Source of the DNA: Lytechinus pictus | Taxonomy: Eukaryota | NCBI RefSeq assembly: GCF_037042905.1 | Contig: NC_087252.1 | Span: 21,640,001-21,704,000, forward strand | Direction: 5' to 3' | DNA: 64,000 nt | In this document: piece by piece, positions 11,246 through 25,404 of the stretch | Layout of the letters: each line of letters starts with the position of its first letter | Position numbering within the stretch: the first letter of the stretch is position 1 | Notes under the pieces: model-generated | The model's database searches: none | What the model was told of the DNA's origin: nothing | What the model saw: the letters and a program-made list of their open reading frames with translations, nothing else | Made by a program: the position numbers and the translations under genes

Positions 11246-13119
11246 TAGATAGATAGATAGATATCGATTGATCGATCGATAGGTAGGTATAGTTAGGTGG
11301 GCGGATGGTGGTGGCTTAGAATCATAACGAGATAGAAATAGAAATATGGTGGAGAATCCGTGAAGAACAATCGGAATTGGACAGAATATAAAGGTGGCCA
11401 AATGACATTAATGTTGGAAAATTGATAAAGGTTAGAAGTACCATAGATAGTCAATTTGTAGTATTTATTAATGGGAAGCAAGTTGGTGTGCTTGTATAGT
11501 ATGCTAGAAAGAAAGGGGATATAGGAAAATAAGAAAGAGAAAGAGGGTAGGGGAGAATGGGAGAGGGAGGGAGGGATGGGATAAATAAAGGGGAAGATGA
11601 AGAGCAAAAGAAAGGAGAGAGATAAAGAGGAGAGATGGAGGAAAAGGGATTGGAAAGCAATTGAAAAAAAAGAGAAAAGAGAACAAGGAAGAAATAAAGA
11701 AGTTGAGAAGGATAAATGCAGCTAAGGAACTGGACAGTGGCAGATTGAAAAAAAACACCAACTTCACCTAAGGGGGAAATAAAGTGAGAAAGAACGTAGC
11801 AAGGTTACGAGATGGATGGAAGAAGAAAATGAGTTGGGTCATCAAAAGTCGTTGGGAATCAGAGCGGCCGTGATTTCTGACCATGTTACCAGCAGCAGGC
11901 AAATGAAAACCCCATAATGAATGATAATCTAGTCCGTTTGGGCGTCGTGTCCTCCACCCTGCTCCGTCCATTTGCGCTAATCTCACGCTATTGATTCCTG
12001 GCTAATTTTATGCCCCTGCAAGGGCAGGAGTCGGAGCCAGCCGCTAATACGACCAAAGACGGGTTCAGCAGCACGGGGCAGTAACCTTAGCTTGGTCATG
12101 AATACATAACGCAACGCCCGATTTTCATCCATGTCCGCCGATCCCTAGGGTGTGTCGGGCCAGGGTCGCGTGAAAGAAAAAGTCCTCCTCCTCCACATAA
12201 ATAGATGCAAAAAGGTTTAAGAGACGATCAGGAGATATATGAAAGGGGAAGGTCTGTCAACTTAAGCATGAACCATAATTTGGTAGATGGGCGGAAGAGA
12301 AGATTGAATAGGATTCGATTCTGCTCCTAAGGGGTAATAATGATGCACTCCTCAGGGGCGAGGGGATACCACGCACTATGTACTGATCAACATATTGGTG
12401 TCTCTATGACGTGCCAGCTTGCAGCCAAGGACAGATTGGTGTAGGTTCCATGAGCTTGATGTGTTTTCCCTTGCCAATGTTGTTAATGTATGTAATTCAT
12501 GACTATGAAGACAGTCATGTTGGGTTCAGAGTGGTAGATATTCTTTTCTGCAAGTAGGATGCGAACTCATGCCATTGTCTTACTGGATTGTGGAATCAAT
12601 TGCCAGTGGTGCATGGATGGGTCTGGTGTCAAAATGTTTTTTTCACCAAAATTACATTATGGAATACTCTGCCCTCTTTTTTTCCAACTCTCCATTTCTC
12701 GATTTTTTTATTTTATTTCTCTGTCTGCTGTCTTTCTCCCTCTTTCAAAATTCAAAAATCTGTCTTTCTCTCGATTTGTGTTGTGAATCTATCGTTCAAG
12801 GGGAGATGATCTTTTGTTTCATCCCCCCACCTTGAATAGTATGATGTCAGAGATCGACACCAGTGATTTAATTTTCCTTTCCTTTTATATTTTCTCTCTG
12901 TCTCTCTATCACTCTCTCTGCCAGTCTATTCTTATCCTCCTTCTCTTTGTGTCTGTTCTCTACATGCATGTCTTACCCCCTCTCTCTCATTTTTCTGCCC
13001 TTCTCTCTTCTATGATAAGACCTGTGATTGTATTGTACCCACGATGCTCGAACTTCAATGCCAGTTGCAGGACTCCATTTTGACTTTGAAATACACTGTC
13101 CAATATTATAATTTTCTTT

Positions 13120-13225
13120 AATAATAATAACAATAATAATAATAGGCATTTATATAGCGCTATCTATCTAGATATATTCTATTCGGGGGCGCGTTGTTGT
13201 TATCATTATTACCCCGGCTTTAGCT
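13120..13225 (-). mobile_element. 5'-truncated SINE (3' tail only)
   Basis: (aat)n ggcatttatatagcgctatctatctagatata...ggcgc...attaccccggctttagct matches the tail of 24807-25100. Confidence 0.8.
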
Positions 13226-14267
13226 TTAAACATGAATAAACAAATATTGGAGACATTATTCATATTAAACAAATCCATATATGAAAGTTAGTGACAGAAT
13301 ACAAAAATGCAAACGTGTCATTTATTTTGTATGATAAGTATTCAGCTTCATAATTCAGACCCGACACACGAGTTCAGAAAAGTAAATATTGTGAAGGAGG
13401 GAGTGAATTATTTATATGAAAATATGTTTACTACAACATTCTATTTCAGTTTCAACACGAGATGTTCTGTACCACTCCATCGATCTCCTTTTCTGAAATA
13501 TAGAACTCCAAAATCCTTTTCTGAAACATCAAAGTCAAATATATGCTTAAAAAAACGGGTGTTTAGTGTGCCCTCTGGCTCCTCTTACAACTTCTAATCG
13601 CGCAAACATTCTCGGTTGCGTCTGCCGAAGACAAATAAGGTGCTGTTAATACGACATAACCAAGGAAATCAATTTCTCATCAGAGCAGACATAAAGATCA
13701 TAGCGATGCCGCTGCGTACAGTGCGCTTTAAGAGGTTTCTTGTGGGAAGGGAAATTAAAAGCATTTTGACAATAGCTCGACGGATGGTCTGGTGTCTCTT
13801 TCGGCAGTGCCTCAAAAGTCGCGTCTATCCGATGTCAGAAAGATACAGGCTTTTACGATCCCTTCAACGTCTTTAGCTATAGGCCTATTGGGTTTTAATT
13901 GTCAGTTGGTTTTTAGGTTTCGAGGGAAGCAATATACTTTTGGGGGTATGCATTAGGATATAAATGATTTTTGCTAGTGATATTGAGACAGGGATGAAGT
14001 TTGGGAAAAGAGAGTAATAGACAGGTAGGGAGCGAGTGGAAGAAAACGAAATATAGGAAAGAAATAGAAGTATTGAGAGAGAAATAGAGAAAGAGATGGA
14101 AAAGGGAGACATAAAGAGGGAATTTTTTTAGAGCAAAGGACAAAGAGGAAGATGTGATTATAAACAGATGGAACTGAACGGTGAATGAGATAATGAGACA
14201 TGGTGCAACAAGATTTGTTTAGAAAAGGGGGATCTTAGAGCAGAGAGTGGTTGGAAAGAATAAGAAC

Positions 14268-14555
14268 AATAATATGTCCATTTATATAGCGCAATTACTA
14301 TTTGCATATACTCAACTGCGCTTTGGTAGTTGGTACCATATTATTACCCCGGCTGTAGCCAAGCCGCCATATTAATAGGCGCTAAAGCGTTCAAGGAATA
14401 AATCCTACCGGGTACCCATTCACCTAACCTGGGTCAAGTTCAGCACAATGTGGATATATTTCTTGCCGAAGGATATTACGCCTTGGCTGGGATTCGAACC
14501 CACGACCCTCTGTTTCAATGTCCGGAGACTAAACCACTGGGCCACAACGCTCCAC
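14268..14555 (-). mobile_element. Full-length tRNA-derived SINE (same head and body as 5825-6128)
   Basis: Reverse strand gtggagcgttgtggcccagtgg...gggttcgaatcccagcc, with a tail ending gcgctatataaat. Confidence 0.9.
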
Positions 14556-14986
14556 AAATGATCGAAGAGGAAAAATGGAAACAATCAGATAATAACAGAA
14601 AAGCAAAAAAGTTGAGGGATAGATAAAGAAAAATAGAACAGAGAGAGTGTCAGAGAGAGAGAGAGAGAGAGAGAGGGATGGGTATATGGTAGGAAGTCAG
14701 AAGAGGTCATAAAAGAATCTGACAATATCTTCTCATCCCGCGATGCTCTTTCCCCTCATTCACTTCAGTGAACGAGCAATCACATTGTACTTAGCGGCTA
14801 CGGACCAAGCTCTCCTCGGGAAGAAAAAAAATAGAAGAGAAAAGCGCCACCGCTAATGGGCTATTAGTTTACTGAGGGAGGCGACAAAAACAATCGTACA
14901 AGGACGGGGCAAAATCACATCAACCACGCAATGCTCGTCAGTAAAATGTCAGAAGAATCACTAAAAAAGTCAGAGGAGAGGAGGAA

Positions 14987-15262
14987 GGGGCATGTTTCAC
15001 AAATAAGACTGACTTCAAGTAGAGTTTAGTATGGCAAGCCATTAGCGCCATTATATGGGTAGTATGGCAGACTATTCGTGCTACTCTGGTAACTACTATG
15101 GCAGGCCAATAGCTTCATTCTATTGTATGTCTTATTCCAGACAAGGATTTGCCTGTGACTGGGAGACCAGATGCATTAAAAGGTTTATAAAATAGATGTT
15201 ACCACTGGCTTGCTATAGTTCTGTCTAATTTGAGTCATTTAACTGTTTGTGAAAACCACCCC
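14987..15262. mobile_element. Diverged Harbinger-like MITE
   Basis: Imperfect TIRs ggggcatgtttcacaaa ... tttgtgaaaaccacccc. Confidence 0.6.
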
Positions 15263-15780
15263 AAATGTGACATTTCACGGTCTTGCCAAATCAATTTTTA
15301 ACATTTTCATATTGAGAGAAAAATAATTCCATTTCTCTTACGATTTAATTCATTAAAGCTAAGATTAGGTACGTTAGATATGACCTTTTGAAGTACTTTG
15401 ATAAAGCGATTTCAATGTCCGACAATTTTCTTCTTAGTGATTTTTCAGTAATAGAAAAATGGAAAATGGTTGACATTTTCATACACTTTGACTTCATATT
15501 TGCACCATGAAAAAAATGTCAAATGAGGGATATAGAAAAGATTTAGAAAAATGTATATTTATGAATCTGTTTTAATCATCAACATTGACATTTATTACAG
15601 ACAATTTGATTGTTTTTTTCCTACACTCTGTTGTCATTTAGATTGTTTGTTATAGTTCTTATTTACATAGAATTATTTTAATAATAAGCAAAACAGTGTA
15701 GCCATTATTTAAAGGAAGTTCGGTTTCCAAGATTTTGTTTTTCATTTTAGAATGAAAACACTGTAAATTCTTCAATTCAT

Positions 15781-16123
15781 CAGGGTTCTCAGAGTCCTGG
15801 AAAAATCTGGAAAAATTTGTGGTCATGGAAAGTTGGGGAAAAGTCAGGGAATTTGGAAAATTTGTGAAAAGTCATGGAAAAGTTATGGAATCGCATTTAC
15901 CTCTTGGCTATGGCAGCTTTCCAGTTTGTCGTGTCTCGCAACTCTCATACTCTGTGATCATACTCTGCTATTATAATTGGTGTTCATGATTTCCATTTTT
16001 CCCAGTTTTGTGACATCCCAAATTCTACATAACTCCCGGGACTTCACAGGAAGTCGTGGAAAGCAGCAATTTAGTCATGGAAAAGTCATGGAATTCTGTT
16101 TTCAAATTTCTGAGGGAACCCTG
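15781..16123. mobile_element. hAT-like MITE with 6-bp TSD (ATTCAT)
   Basis: Ends cagggttc...gaaccctg. ATTCAT at 15775-15780 and 16124-16129. Multiple subterminal aagtcatggaa repeats. Confidence 0.85.
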
Positions 16124-16291
16124 ATTCATGCTAATGAAAATGTACATGTATAGCACATTGAATATATTCACCTGTCCATTCGTCACCCTTTTCAAAGCAA
16201 CTTAGGCAAATGAAGAAAAAGATGAAAATACCTTTTCATTCAAGCAACTCTTTGGCGATTCATTTCTTGATGATCTTCGTAATCTACCTTT

Positions 16292-16390
16292 ATAATAATT
16301 ATAATAATACTTGCTTAAATAGCGCTTAATATTTTTTATCATAAATCTCTAAGCACTCTACAGTAATGCAAAATATTTACTCTGGCTTTA
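16292..16390 (-). mobile_element. Decayed SINE/L2 tail fragment
   Basis: (aat)n...ttaaatagcgc...tctctaagcact...ctggcttta resembles the SINE tails in this window. Confidence 0.5.
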
Positions 16391-16929
16391 GAATAGATTA
16401 ACATATTACATAAATCATTTTCTTTGTTTATACCTACTTTGAATACACCCAGTGAGTCAGGAAATTTGACAATTTATGAATAAAGTCTCTATTTTATTCA
16501 TGTATTTTCCAGACAACGTGTAGTTAGTGATGTCATATGAACGCCTACTGTGAATATTCGTGAACAAACTAGAGATAAAAATTAAGCAAATTGAGCCGGA
16601 CAGTCATCTCTCGTTACCCGCGCCCTCGATCTCACCGGCGAAAGAGCGCCCCTCTCAGGACGATTAGTCATGAGAATTGCCGCCGGGCAGGCATTCATCG
16701 TCTTGGTCAGGTGGCGAGAGAGTGTGGCGCTAGCTGGACACGGGATCTTTGCTTGACCGTTGTATGTAGACGCGAGATGAGATTAGCGTTGAATGGGTGA
16801 ATAGCACCTTGGGTTTAGGGTTACTGGGGAATTCCTTTAGTTGCAGACCGACGGAGGAATGAACAACCTGCAAAAAGCCTGTGGGAAACAAAAAAGATTT
16901 AAATTAAATGATTGAAAAATCAATCTTAA

Positions 16930-17324
16930 AGGTAAATGCTAGTTTTGGTAACGATATCAAAATGAGTTCGTACAGAATCCAATGAAATGACCACCAAAGT
17001 GTCTGTTTGTATAAATAAAACGCATGTGCCAAAGGATTCTGGAAGAAATTATGTAATTGCTGAGAAATCAGCAAATAAGCACAGGATTCGGGTAGAGCGT
17101 CGGGCCCGACGCTCAAAGCAATAGTTATACACTGTCCCACGTGCGCTTATCTGTGTTGGGGAAGTTCAGTCTGAACATTTTTTAGCGTAGATTTCAAGAT
17201 TTCACAAAGTTCAGTTTATGTAACTGTACCAGATCTAGATCTTTGATGATATACTGACAATTAAGCCTGGTTTTACAGACTTTCTCATGAAATCAGTGTT
17301 TACTGCAACTACTGGAATTTCTCT
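16930..17324. mobile_element. Kolobok-like MITE (TTAA TSD, AG termini)
   Basis: ttaa|aggtaaatgctagtt ... aactactggaatttctct|ttaa, with a perfect 20-bp internal palindrome gagcgtcgggcccgacgctc at 17095-17114. Confidence 0.7.
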
Positions 17325-19189
17325 TTAAATCAGTGAAAAACTCATGGGACATACAAAAGGGTTGTTATAATTATCAGTTATCTGCTATTTACGTCGGAAA
17401 TTAGAACTATGACAAATAAAACATAACATTGTTCATATGTTGCTTATAAACAGCAGTCAGGTTGATAACATCTAATTTGGACTTTCTATATTTATATTTC
17501 GCAAAAATGACTGTAAATTAAATAAGTATTATTTGTCTTGATTGAAATAACTTGTGTTTTGAAATATCAGGTTAATATTTCTTTTGTGTATGAAATATCA
17601 TAATAACATTCATAGCCGGAAGATCTGTAAAATTATGTTTACTCATATTATACAATATTTGATGTACAATATATGTTATATCATAATTTAGTTAGAGAAT
17701 AAATTCCAGTCAAGAGACAGGAATTATGGAAACTCAAGGTTTTTTTTTAATATGTATACAGTGTACATTTTTTTGCTAAAAATTTAAATAAGATTTAATT
17801 GACTTCTACAATTGAAAAATATTTAAAAACCGAAAACAAGGAATTGATAACAATGACATCAATAAAGAAATGTTGGGTAGGCATTGAATCAAGAAAGCAT
17901 TTTATCATGACAATGATAATAAAAGTAATTTATTCACTTTACTTATCCCCAGAATCTGATGCTGAAGGCACTCAAATATTACAATAGCTTAGCAGTTTAT
18001 GCATCCACAGTATACATCAATATATTTTACAAGCGAAAAGTGGGGATATGGGCCAAAAGCAATATTTTCATAGAATCACCAGTTTCAGGAAAATTTTCCA
18101 GTCTGGAATCCCCGTAGGAAACACTCTTATCCTAACAGGTGTCTACACTATTGATTTTGGCCGCTATGCCTAATAACCGTGGGGTTAATCACCAATTCCT
18201 ACCGACCGACCGTTGGGCATCGAATCGGCAGCTTGGACGTCGGCACGATGACCGTTGCCACGGATATATGGAACCTCTCGAGGGGTCAATGATCGCGCGC
18301 AAGATCCGACCACGATGTATGCTGGACGGCCGAGATTCGCCAACGGGCGTATCATCTTTCGTCTGGTGAATCTGAAATGTTTATTGAGGGTAGGGTGACA
18401 ATTGGAGGTACATGCGCAAATGGGATATTGATGTTTTTGAGTCCCCTGTGATTGCAAGTAGGAATCGACAATGAAAATTAGGGGGATGCTCATACTGTGG
18501 CAGGATTGCAAATGGTGTTGAATGATTACAAAAAATGATTGGATGTTTATTGTCGGGATTAGGTTATTGTAATTGATATTGGTGCAAGATGTATTTGATT
18601 TGAGGGAGATTGAAAATACTCTCATTTATTTCTTTCAATGATATATACATGTGTACATGTAAAAACATACAAATATCATACATTATTTTGAACATAAATA
18701 TACAAATATAATCATGTGAGATTAAAAAAAAAATTATGAAAGAAAAAGGTATCCCAAAAAGCCTCAAAGGCTTGAAAAAAAGGAAACCAAGAATAAAACA
18801 TAAGAATGATTATAGAAAACGATTCCCCAAAATTGAATAGAGTACCGGAATGCGTCGCCACAACTGTAACATTAAAATTGATTATCATACACACGTTTTT
18901 ATACATGTATAAAAACGTTAGAGTTTGATTGCGATGATCGGCGGGCATGTCGTCAGTACTTTCTTCCAAACCAAAACACTGACGATGATGATTTTACAGT
19001 GGAAGCTGCATGTAAAGACCGCCAAAGGGAGACAAGAAATTGTGATCTTCATGAGCAGGTTGTCCTTGTGGGCAAGGTTCTTTTGAAAATATTTCAGTGG
19101 GGAATGAGATTTCCCAGGCAAATTCCTGGTCTTTATAGATAAGTCCTAAGTGGTCACCAAAGTAGTTTAAACTGTATAACGTGTTTTAT

Positions 19190-19468
19190 GAACGCATCGT
19201 GGTCTAGTGGTTCTGACCCCGGTCTTTCAAACAGAGGGTTGTGGGTTCAAATCCCAGTTGTGATGTGTTTTGCTTCAGCAAGAAATTTATGTCCATTGTG
19301 CTGCACTTGACCCAGGTGAGGTGAACAGGTTTCCGGTATAGTATCAATTCCTTGAATGCACTGAGTGCTGCTGATAAAGTTACAGCTCAAACTAATGTGG
19401 TGGTATTGATAGTTTCTCTTTGTATCCGTTGGAAGAAGTGATATATATCCAGCTATCATCATTATTAT
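19190..19468 (+). mobile_element. Diverged tRNA-derived SINE
   Basis: tggtctagtgg A box, gggttcaaatccc B box, and the body cattgtgctgcacttgacccaggtgaggtgaa. Confidence 0.85.
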
Positions 19469-19613
19469 ATGATGTTACACATTTAAAGTATCAGCAAATG
19501 ATCATAATGTACCTTTTCAGACATTTTTGCATCTGTAGAAGTTTTAGCTTAAAGATCAGAGAAGCTACTATGAAAAGCAAATAAAATTTAACCTTTGAGA
19601 ACTTAAAACTTAA

Positions 19614-20210
19614 GGTCAAGCCCACCCCAGAAAAATGTTGATTAGAATAAATAGAGAAAAATCAAACTAGCACAACACTGAAAACTTTTCATCAAAATCG
19701 GATGCAAAATAAGAGAGTTATGACATTTTAAAGTTTCAATTATTTTTCACAAAACAGTGATATGCACAACTGAGTGACATGCAAATGAGATAGTCGATGA
19801 TGTCCCTCACTCACTATTTCTTTTGTTTTTTATTGTTTGAATTATACAATATTTAATTTTTTACAAATTTGACAATAAGGACCAACTTGACTGGACCATA
19901 TCGTATTAAACGATGCTAATTCCACATGTTGAGGGAGAAATTAATCGTTGTTTCACTTGACAGTGAGGAGAAAATTAGAATATTTCATATAATAAAATAC
20001 AAAAGAAATAGTGAGTGGATGACGTCATCAGTCTCCTCATTTGCATACAGACCAGGATGTGCATATAACTGTTTTGTGAAATTAAGCGAAACTTTAAGAT
20101 GTCATAACTTTCTTATTTTACATCCGATTTTGATGAAATTTTCAGTGTTATGTTTGTTGGATTTTTCTCTTTTTATTCAAATCAACTTTTTGTTGGAGTG
20201 GACTTGTCCT
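19614..20210. mobile_element. Kolobok-like MITE with about 125-bp TIRs
   Basis: ttaa ggtcaagcccacccc...catcaaaatcggatgcaaaataagagagttatgacat versus atgtcataactttcttattttacatccgattttgatg...gtggacttgtcct ttaa. Confidence 0.9.
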
Positions 20211-23200
20211 TTAACTTATCATACTTTCTTCGAATCATTTAAACATCAAATGAGCATTGAGCCTACATGTAATTCCCCATCAGTGTATCCATTAAACTTT
20301 CTAGCACTAATATTTACCACATGCGTACTAAAAATCATGAAATCCATCTCATTATTGAACCCTATTTCTGAAATCCACGGGCACTTGTTGATGAATGAGG
20401 AAGCCACCATCATCGTAACCCATTGCTGTGAAAAAGAGCATTGGTAATGCGATAATTTTCTGCGGCAGCCATCAAACGACCAAGTTTTCTCAGCGACTAA
20501 ATTGGATGAGGTACTAACGAGATCTAAATTGAGTTACATAATGAACGCAGCGTCCTGACGAAGGCGAGTTGTTATCGGAGTGTATGTTTCATGCTTTTCT
20601 TGAATGTTCGTTTGGATTTCAGTGCAAGGGAGAGAGGGGGAGAGGAGGGGAGAAGGGGAAAGGAGGGGGGAGAGAAGGGGGAGGGGAGGGAAGGGGGGAG
20701 GGGATGGAAGGGGATGGGGAGAGGAGAATGGGAGGAGATAAACATGCTTGTTAGGGAGAGTATGTTAAAAGGTGACAGACGGCGATTACATTAGGTGTAT
20801 TTCGAAGATTGAGCACATGCAATATGGTTTTAAGCCTTGGTCTGCGAGCAAGCCTTTTGAGGTCGTTAAAAGTTATGTGAATGCAAAGTTGAGTAAAATA
20901 TAAGTGCACTATGTAACGTGCATGCATTAGAGGCAATGAATGAATGAATACGTAAATTTGTAATGATTTGAATAATGAATGAATGAGTGACTATTCAGTA
21001 ATTCGGATAGATGAATTAATAGATAGATAAATTAATATACAGATATGTTGATAAATGAATAGATAGATAGACAAATAGATTGAATAGTTAAGTGAATATC
21101 AATGAATGAATGAACTAACTTGATAAATCAGTTTAATGATAATGAATGCATTGATTGAATTTTTTTTTTTTTTTTTTTACTTCTGATTTTTTTAAATTTT
21201 TATCAGTACTTGTAAAGACGTCCAATTTGTAATTACTGTTGGTTGCTTATAGCATATTAATTAATAGAACATTTAATTGGGTGAATAAGAAATAAGAACT
21301 TGGCACAAATAGATAATGGAGGGCTCTGTAATCTCTAGGTAGTATAAACCAGATTGGACTCCACCTTATTATCCTATAAAAATAATAGAACAATTTACAA
21401 GGAACATAAGTAAGCACACACGTTTTGCCATTTGAGTTTTTTCTCAAATCTTCACCGGAAATGTATCTGTTGTAGTGTAGTGCAGAGTTCATCCTTCTCT
21501 GGCTCCGGAAGCATAACATGATTAAAAATCAATTTATTAAATATGAAAATGGGGGAGTCTTCCTGGGCTGAATCAGTGGCATAACCTTAACCACAGTTTT
21601 TCCTGTCATCCAAAATGAAGAATGGTTTAACTCTTGCGACTCACTTTAGAATTATTAATATACCATGTTGGGGGAAGTATTGGCTTCTTGGAAGCGGAGG
21701 GTTAACAAATAGGAACGTGGGGTTTCTCTTATTAATGCATAGTCACATGTTTGTGGTCGAAAGATGAGCTTTTAGCGCTAAACGGAAGACATGGCGTTGA
21801 TCAATAAAATGATATTTGATATTAATGGGCAAAAATGACCTGCAAGCTCTTCTAGGCATGTCTTTGCTCTTTTTTCATCTTTTATTTAATCTCAACTCTC
21901 TGTTTTTTCTTTTTTCAATCAATTTTCTTTCCATCCTCTTCCTTTTTTATTCCTCTCTATTTGTCCAACTCTTTATCCTTTTTGTCTTGCTCCTTGTGTC
22001 TTTTTTTCTTACTGTATCTTTGTTTTGTTCCTTCTCTCTTTCTTACCAACTCTCTATATCATTTCCTTGCTTTTCTTCTCTCTTCTTCTCTCTTTCCTGT
22101 TTATCCCCTTTCTTTTCTTTTTTTTCCTTATTATTATCACTTTCCTCTATTGAATCCTTATACTTAATATTTCCCTATGTTCCCCTTCCACTAATCTTTA
22201 TTTCATATTGACTATATTAGATTTATCTTTCCCATATGTCATTGTTAATAATTATTAATCACTTCATGGCAATTAATTAGATATCACACAGTACCATCAG
22301 TATAGTATTTTTGTTATTTCACTTCATTTATTTCGAGCAAAACTCAATATTACAGTCATCCACCCATTTCCCAAAGAAATATACTTTGTAGAGCTATTGT
22401 ACGTGCAGTATAGAAGATCAGTTAGCTTTTTTTGTTTTACTCGCAGAAAAGAAACATTGAATTGAAATGAAATAGAACAGAGGCCACACCAAAATGATGA
22501 AGAAATTGAATTAGGTTCAATTATTTGCTTTGAAAGACAACAATAGTTGTCCAAAACATCTGCATCCTCTTTCCACAGTTGTTGTTGTTGTAATTCGCTT
22601 TGTTGTTTTCCGTACTATCTGTTTTGTAACAGATTAAACAGTCATCTAATAAAGATCATTATTCGCATTGATACCATTGCCTAGTAAGCATATGAGTGCT
22701 ATGTGTTATTGAATGATGATGGAGTTGCCATACAAAAATAACCACATATGTAGGCTATGCAAGGTCACTCATTCTTTTGAATTTATCCATCAACAAAATA
22801 AACATATTGTTATTTCACCATTCTTGATACGATTATAGTCCTGATGTGATTATAATTGCAGTTTCTTCTTTTTCCCCATCTCCCTGGCGTTTTGAGAAAC
22901 TCCCATTGACATATGCCGGCCTTGGTCGCAGAAAGGGAGGAAGAAATTAGAAATTATTTGAAGCGTATTATGATTTAGTTTGATAGAACTGATTATTGCC
23001 GTTGCCATGGCGATATATCAATGTGGTGGCTGCATTCGTGGTGGATTGAACAAAAGAACGGAGGATGATAGTTGCGTGGAGAAAGGGATTCTTTAAGAAG
23101 CAGTCGGGCGATAATGATTGCGCTTCATTCAGCCGAAAGCATTCTCTGTGTTATCCGATTTGACCATACGCTCGAGTATAGTTGGTTTTATTTCGAAATT

Positions 23201-24806
23201 CTCCAATATAGTTTGATGATGATATAACAGTATATTTTATACAGTAATTGTGCTTGCACAAACATACCGCGCTTCTGCATTATGTGCTAGTTTATTCCTT
23301 AATTTATAGGAGGGCGGGGGGGGGGGGGGGGGAAATTAAATTGTACCAGTGACTCTACCACTGCATAATTATGAATGCAACTTTTTATTTGAGAGTATTG
23401 GGGTAAACGGGACTTGTGATTAGGAATTCATGATTAAGCAGACAATTACGATAATTAAACTGGAAAATTTTAAGCACAGAAAGTACAACTATTGAGTAGT
23501 CAACCCGAAAACATAATCTCCATCAACTCCTGATATAGGTCATCTACCTCAGTCTGTTAGCAAGTTAATGAATCGTGAGACACTATACGTTGTCTAAGTT
23601 CGTTAAGATCCATGATACGCCCTTTAGTCACATGATCTGCGTGTCTGCTCTCCGTCTTTGTTGCACTCGCATGTTTGCACTTTTTCATCAAATAATGAGT
23701 TCCAATGACTTCCTCAGTATTAATCATGCAAATGAAAACAATGAAGTCTTGCAAAAATAAATGACAGGTGTTATTCCAAGATTTTATCCCTTCCCCAGGG
23801 CGGGGTCATGAATACTTGTAACCCAAATTAATTAAATCTTTCAAGGCACAATTAGTAATTGAAATTTGGAATGGCAGTTTTATGATGAGTATGAAGGAAA
23901 AAATGAGGGGGATTTCTCTAGACGATAGCCAAACACAACAATGCAACGCCTCAGACACGGGCTTGTAAAGGGAGGGACGAGGATTGATTGTGGGCCGGAA
24001 CAAATGAATTTCATACTTGTGAAAATATTCCTGATAGGCATATAGATCTTGATTCGGGTTGGGACGTTTTCCCTCGATGACTCGGCGCTTCCAGTCGCCC
24101 GAGAGAGAGAGGTGGAAGGTTTATCGGTTCTTGATCCCCTAACAAAACAATTCATCTCTCTTTTTGCCAGCCTTTTTAATGATCACGCCTTTTCCTCCGC
24201 TGTTGTTCCTGAACAAAGGCGGGCTAAGCAACTCCACTGTCTCTTTCCCCTTTCATGTTCTAGACCAAACATAATATCCCCAGGGTCTTTCTCTCCGGTC
24301 ATGCCCTCTTTTCGGATTCCCCCATCTAAGCGTAAACGTTTCATCCTAAAAAGTGGTTTTGAGCCAAAATTCCCTCTATTTGTCCCCCCTCTGGAATAAC
24401 TCAATTTTATTGGTGTGAAAAACTAATCAAGAAGAGAGAGTACGGTCGGAAGGAACTATGTTTTGGTCTTTGTGTCAGGTGTATTGTCAGCATTTACACC
24501 AAGCTGCACACCAAATCAAGCATATGAAACGAACATTGTTCAACAAAATGAAATATGAACGATGTATCTCTGTTGTTATCCTGGATGGAAGAACTTCACA
24601 GATACCGCCTTGCGATTTCACTTTTCTTTGTTCATGAATTCAACGACTGGATTCTTGGCATTATTTGGACAGGTTCAAGCACGAACTGTACTTTCCTGAC
24701 GGCATTGTTGTTAACCAAAAAGGAATCTTCCAATTAGGTTGATTACAGAGATATTTTTTAAAAATTTACCCCTTAAGTGTAATAGAGTCTACCTCGTAAA
24801 ACATAT

Positions 24807-25100
24807 TGATAATAATGATAATAATATGCATTTATATAGCGCCATCTATCTAGATATACTCCATACCGAGGCGCATTGTTTATTATTATTATTAACCCTG
24901 CTTTAGCTCGAGCTGCCTTTCAGCGCTGAGTGCATTCGAGGAATTAATCCTGCCGGATACCAATTCACCTCACCTGGGTCGAGTGCAGCACAATGTGGAT
25001 AAATTTCTTGCTGAAGGAAATTACGCCATGGCTTGGATTCAAACCCACAACCCTCTGTTTCAAAGTTCGGAGACTAATCCACTGGGCCACAACGCTCCAC
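24807..25100 (-). mobile_element. Full-length tRNA-derived SINE (same head and body as 5825-6128)
   Basis: Reverse strand gtggagcgttgtggcccagtggattagtctcc..., with the tail gcgcctcgg...ggcgctatataaatgc(att)n. Confidence 0.9.
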
Positions 25101-25175
25101 ATAAATGCTCCATATATTGATAGACCTAATAATGATATGCAATCATGTCATGAATCCACCTGTATAACAGGATTA

Positions 25176-25404
25176 CACAGTAAAAACATTGTTTGAAATT
25201 TTAATACAAAGTTGTTTTCTATATGAACTTTGCAGTAGTTGTTAAACAGTTTGAACAAGTGTTTAAAATCTTAAAGTTTAATTTCTAATATTTAATCTTC
25301 AATAAATCAAGCATGGTTGTTTACAACTACCTTAAAGTTTATACATTCAATTCAATTCAATTTAGATAGAATTGTGTAAAACTTTAAACAATTTTTTTAC
25401 TGTG
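25176..25404. mobile_element. CAC-terminated MITE, TA-flanked
   Basis: ta|cacagtaaaaa ... tttttactgtg|ta. Confidence 0.8.
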
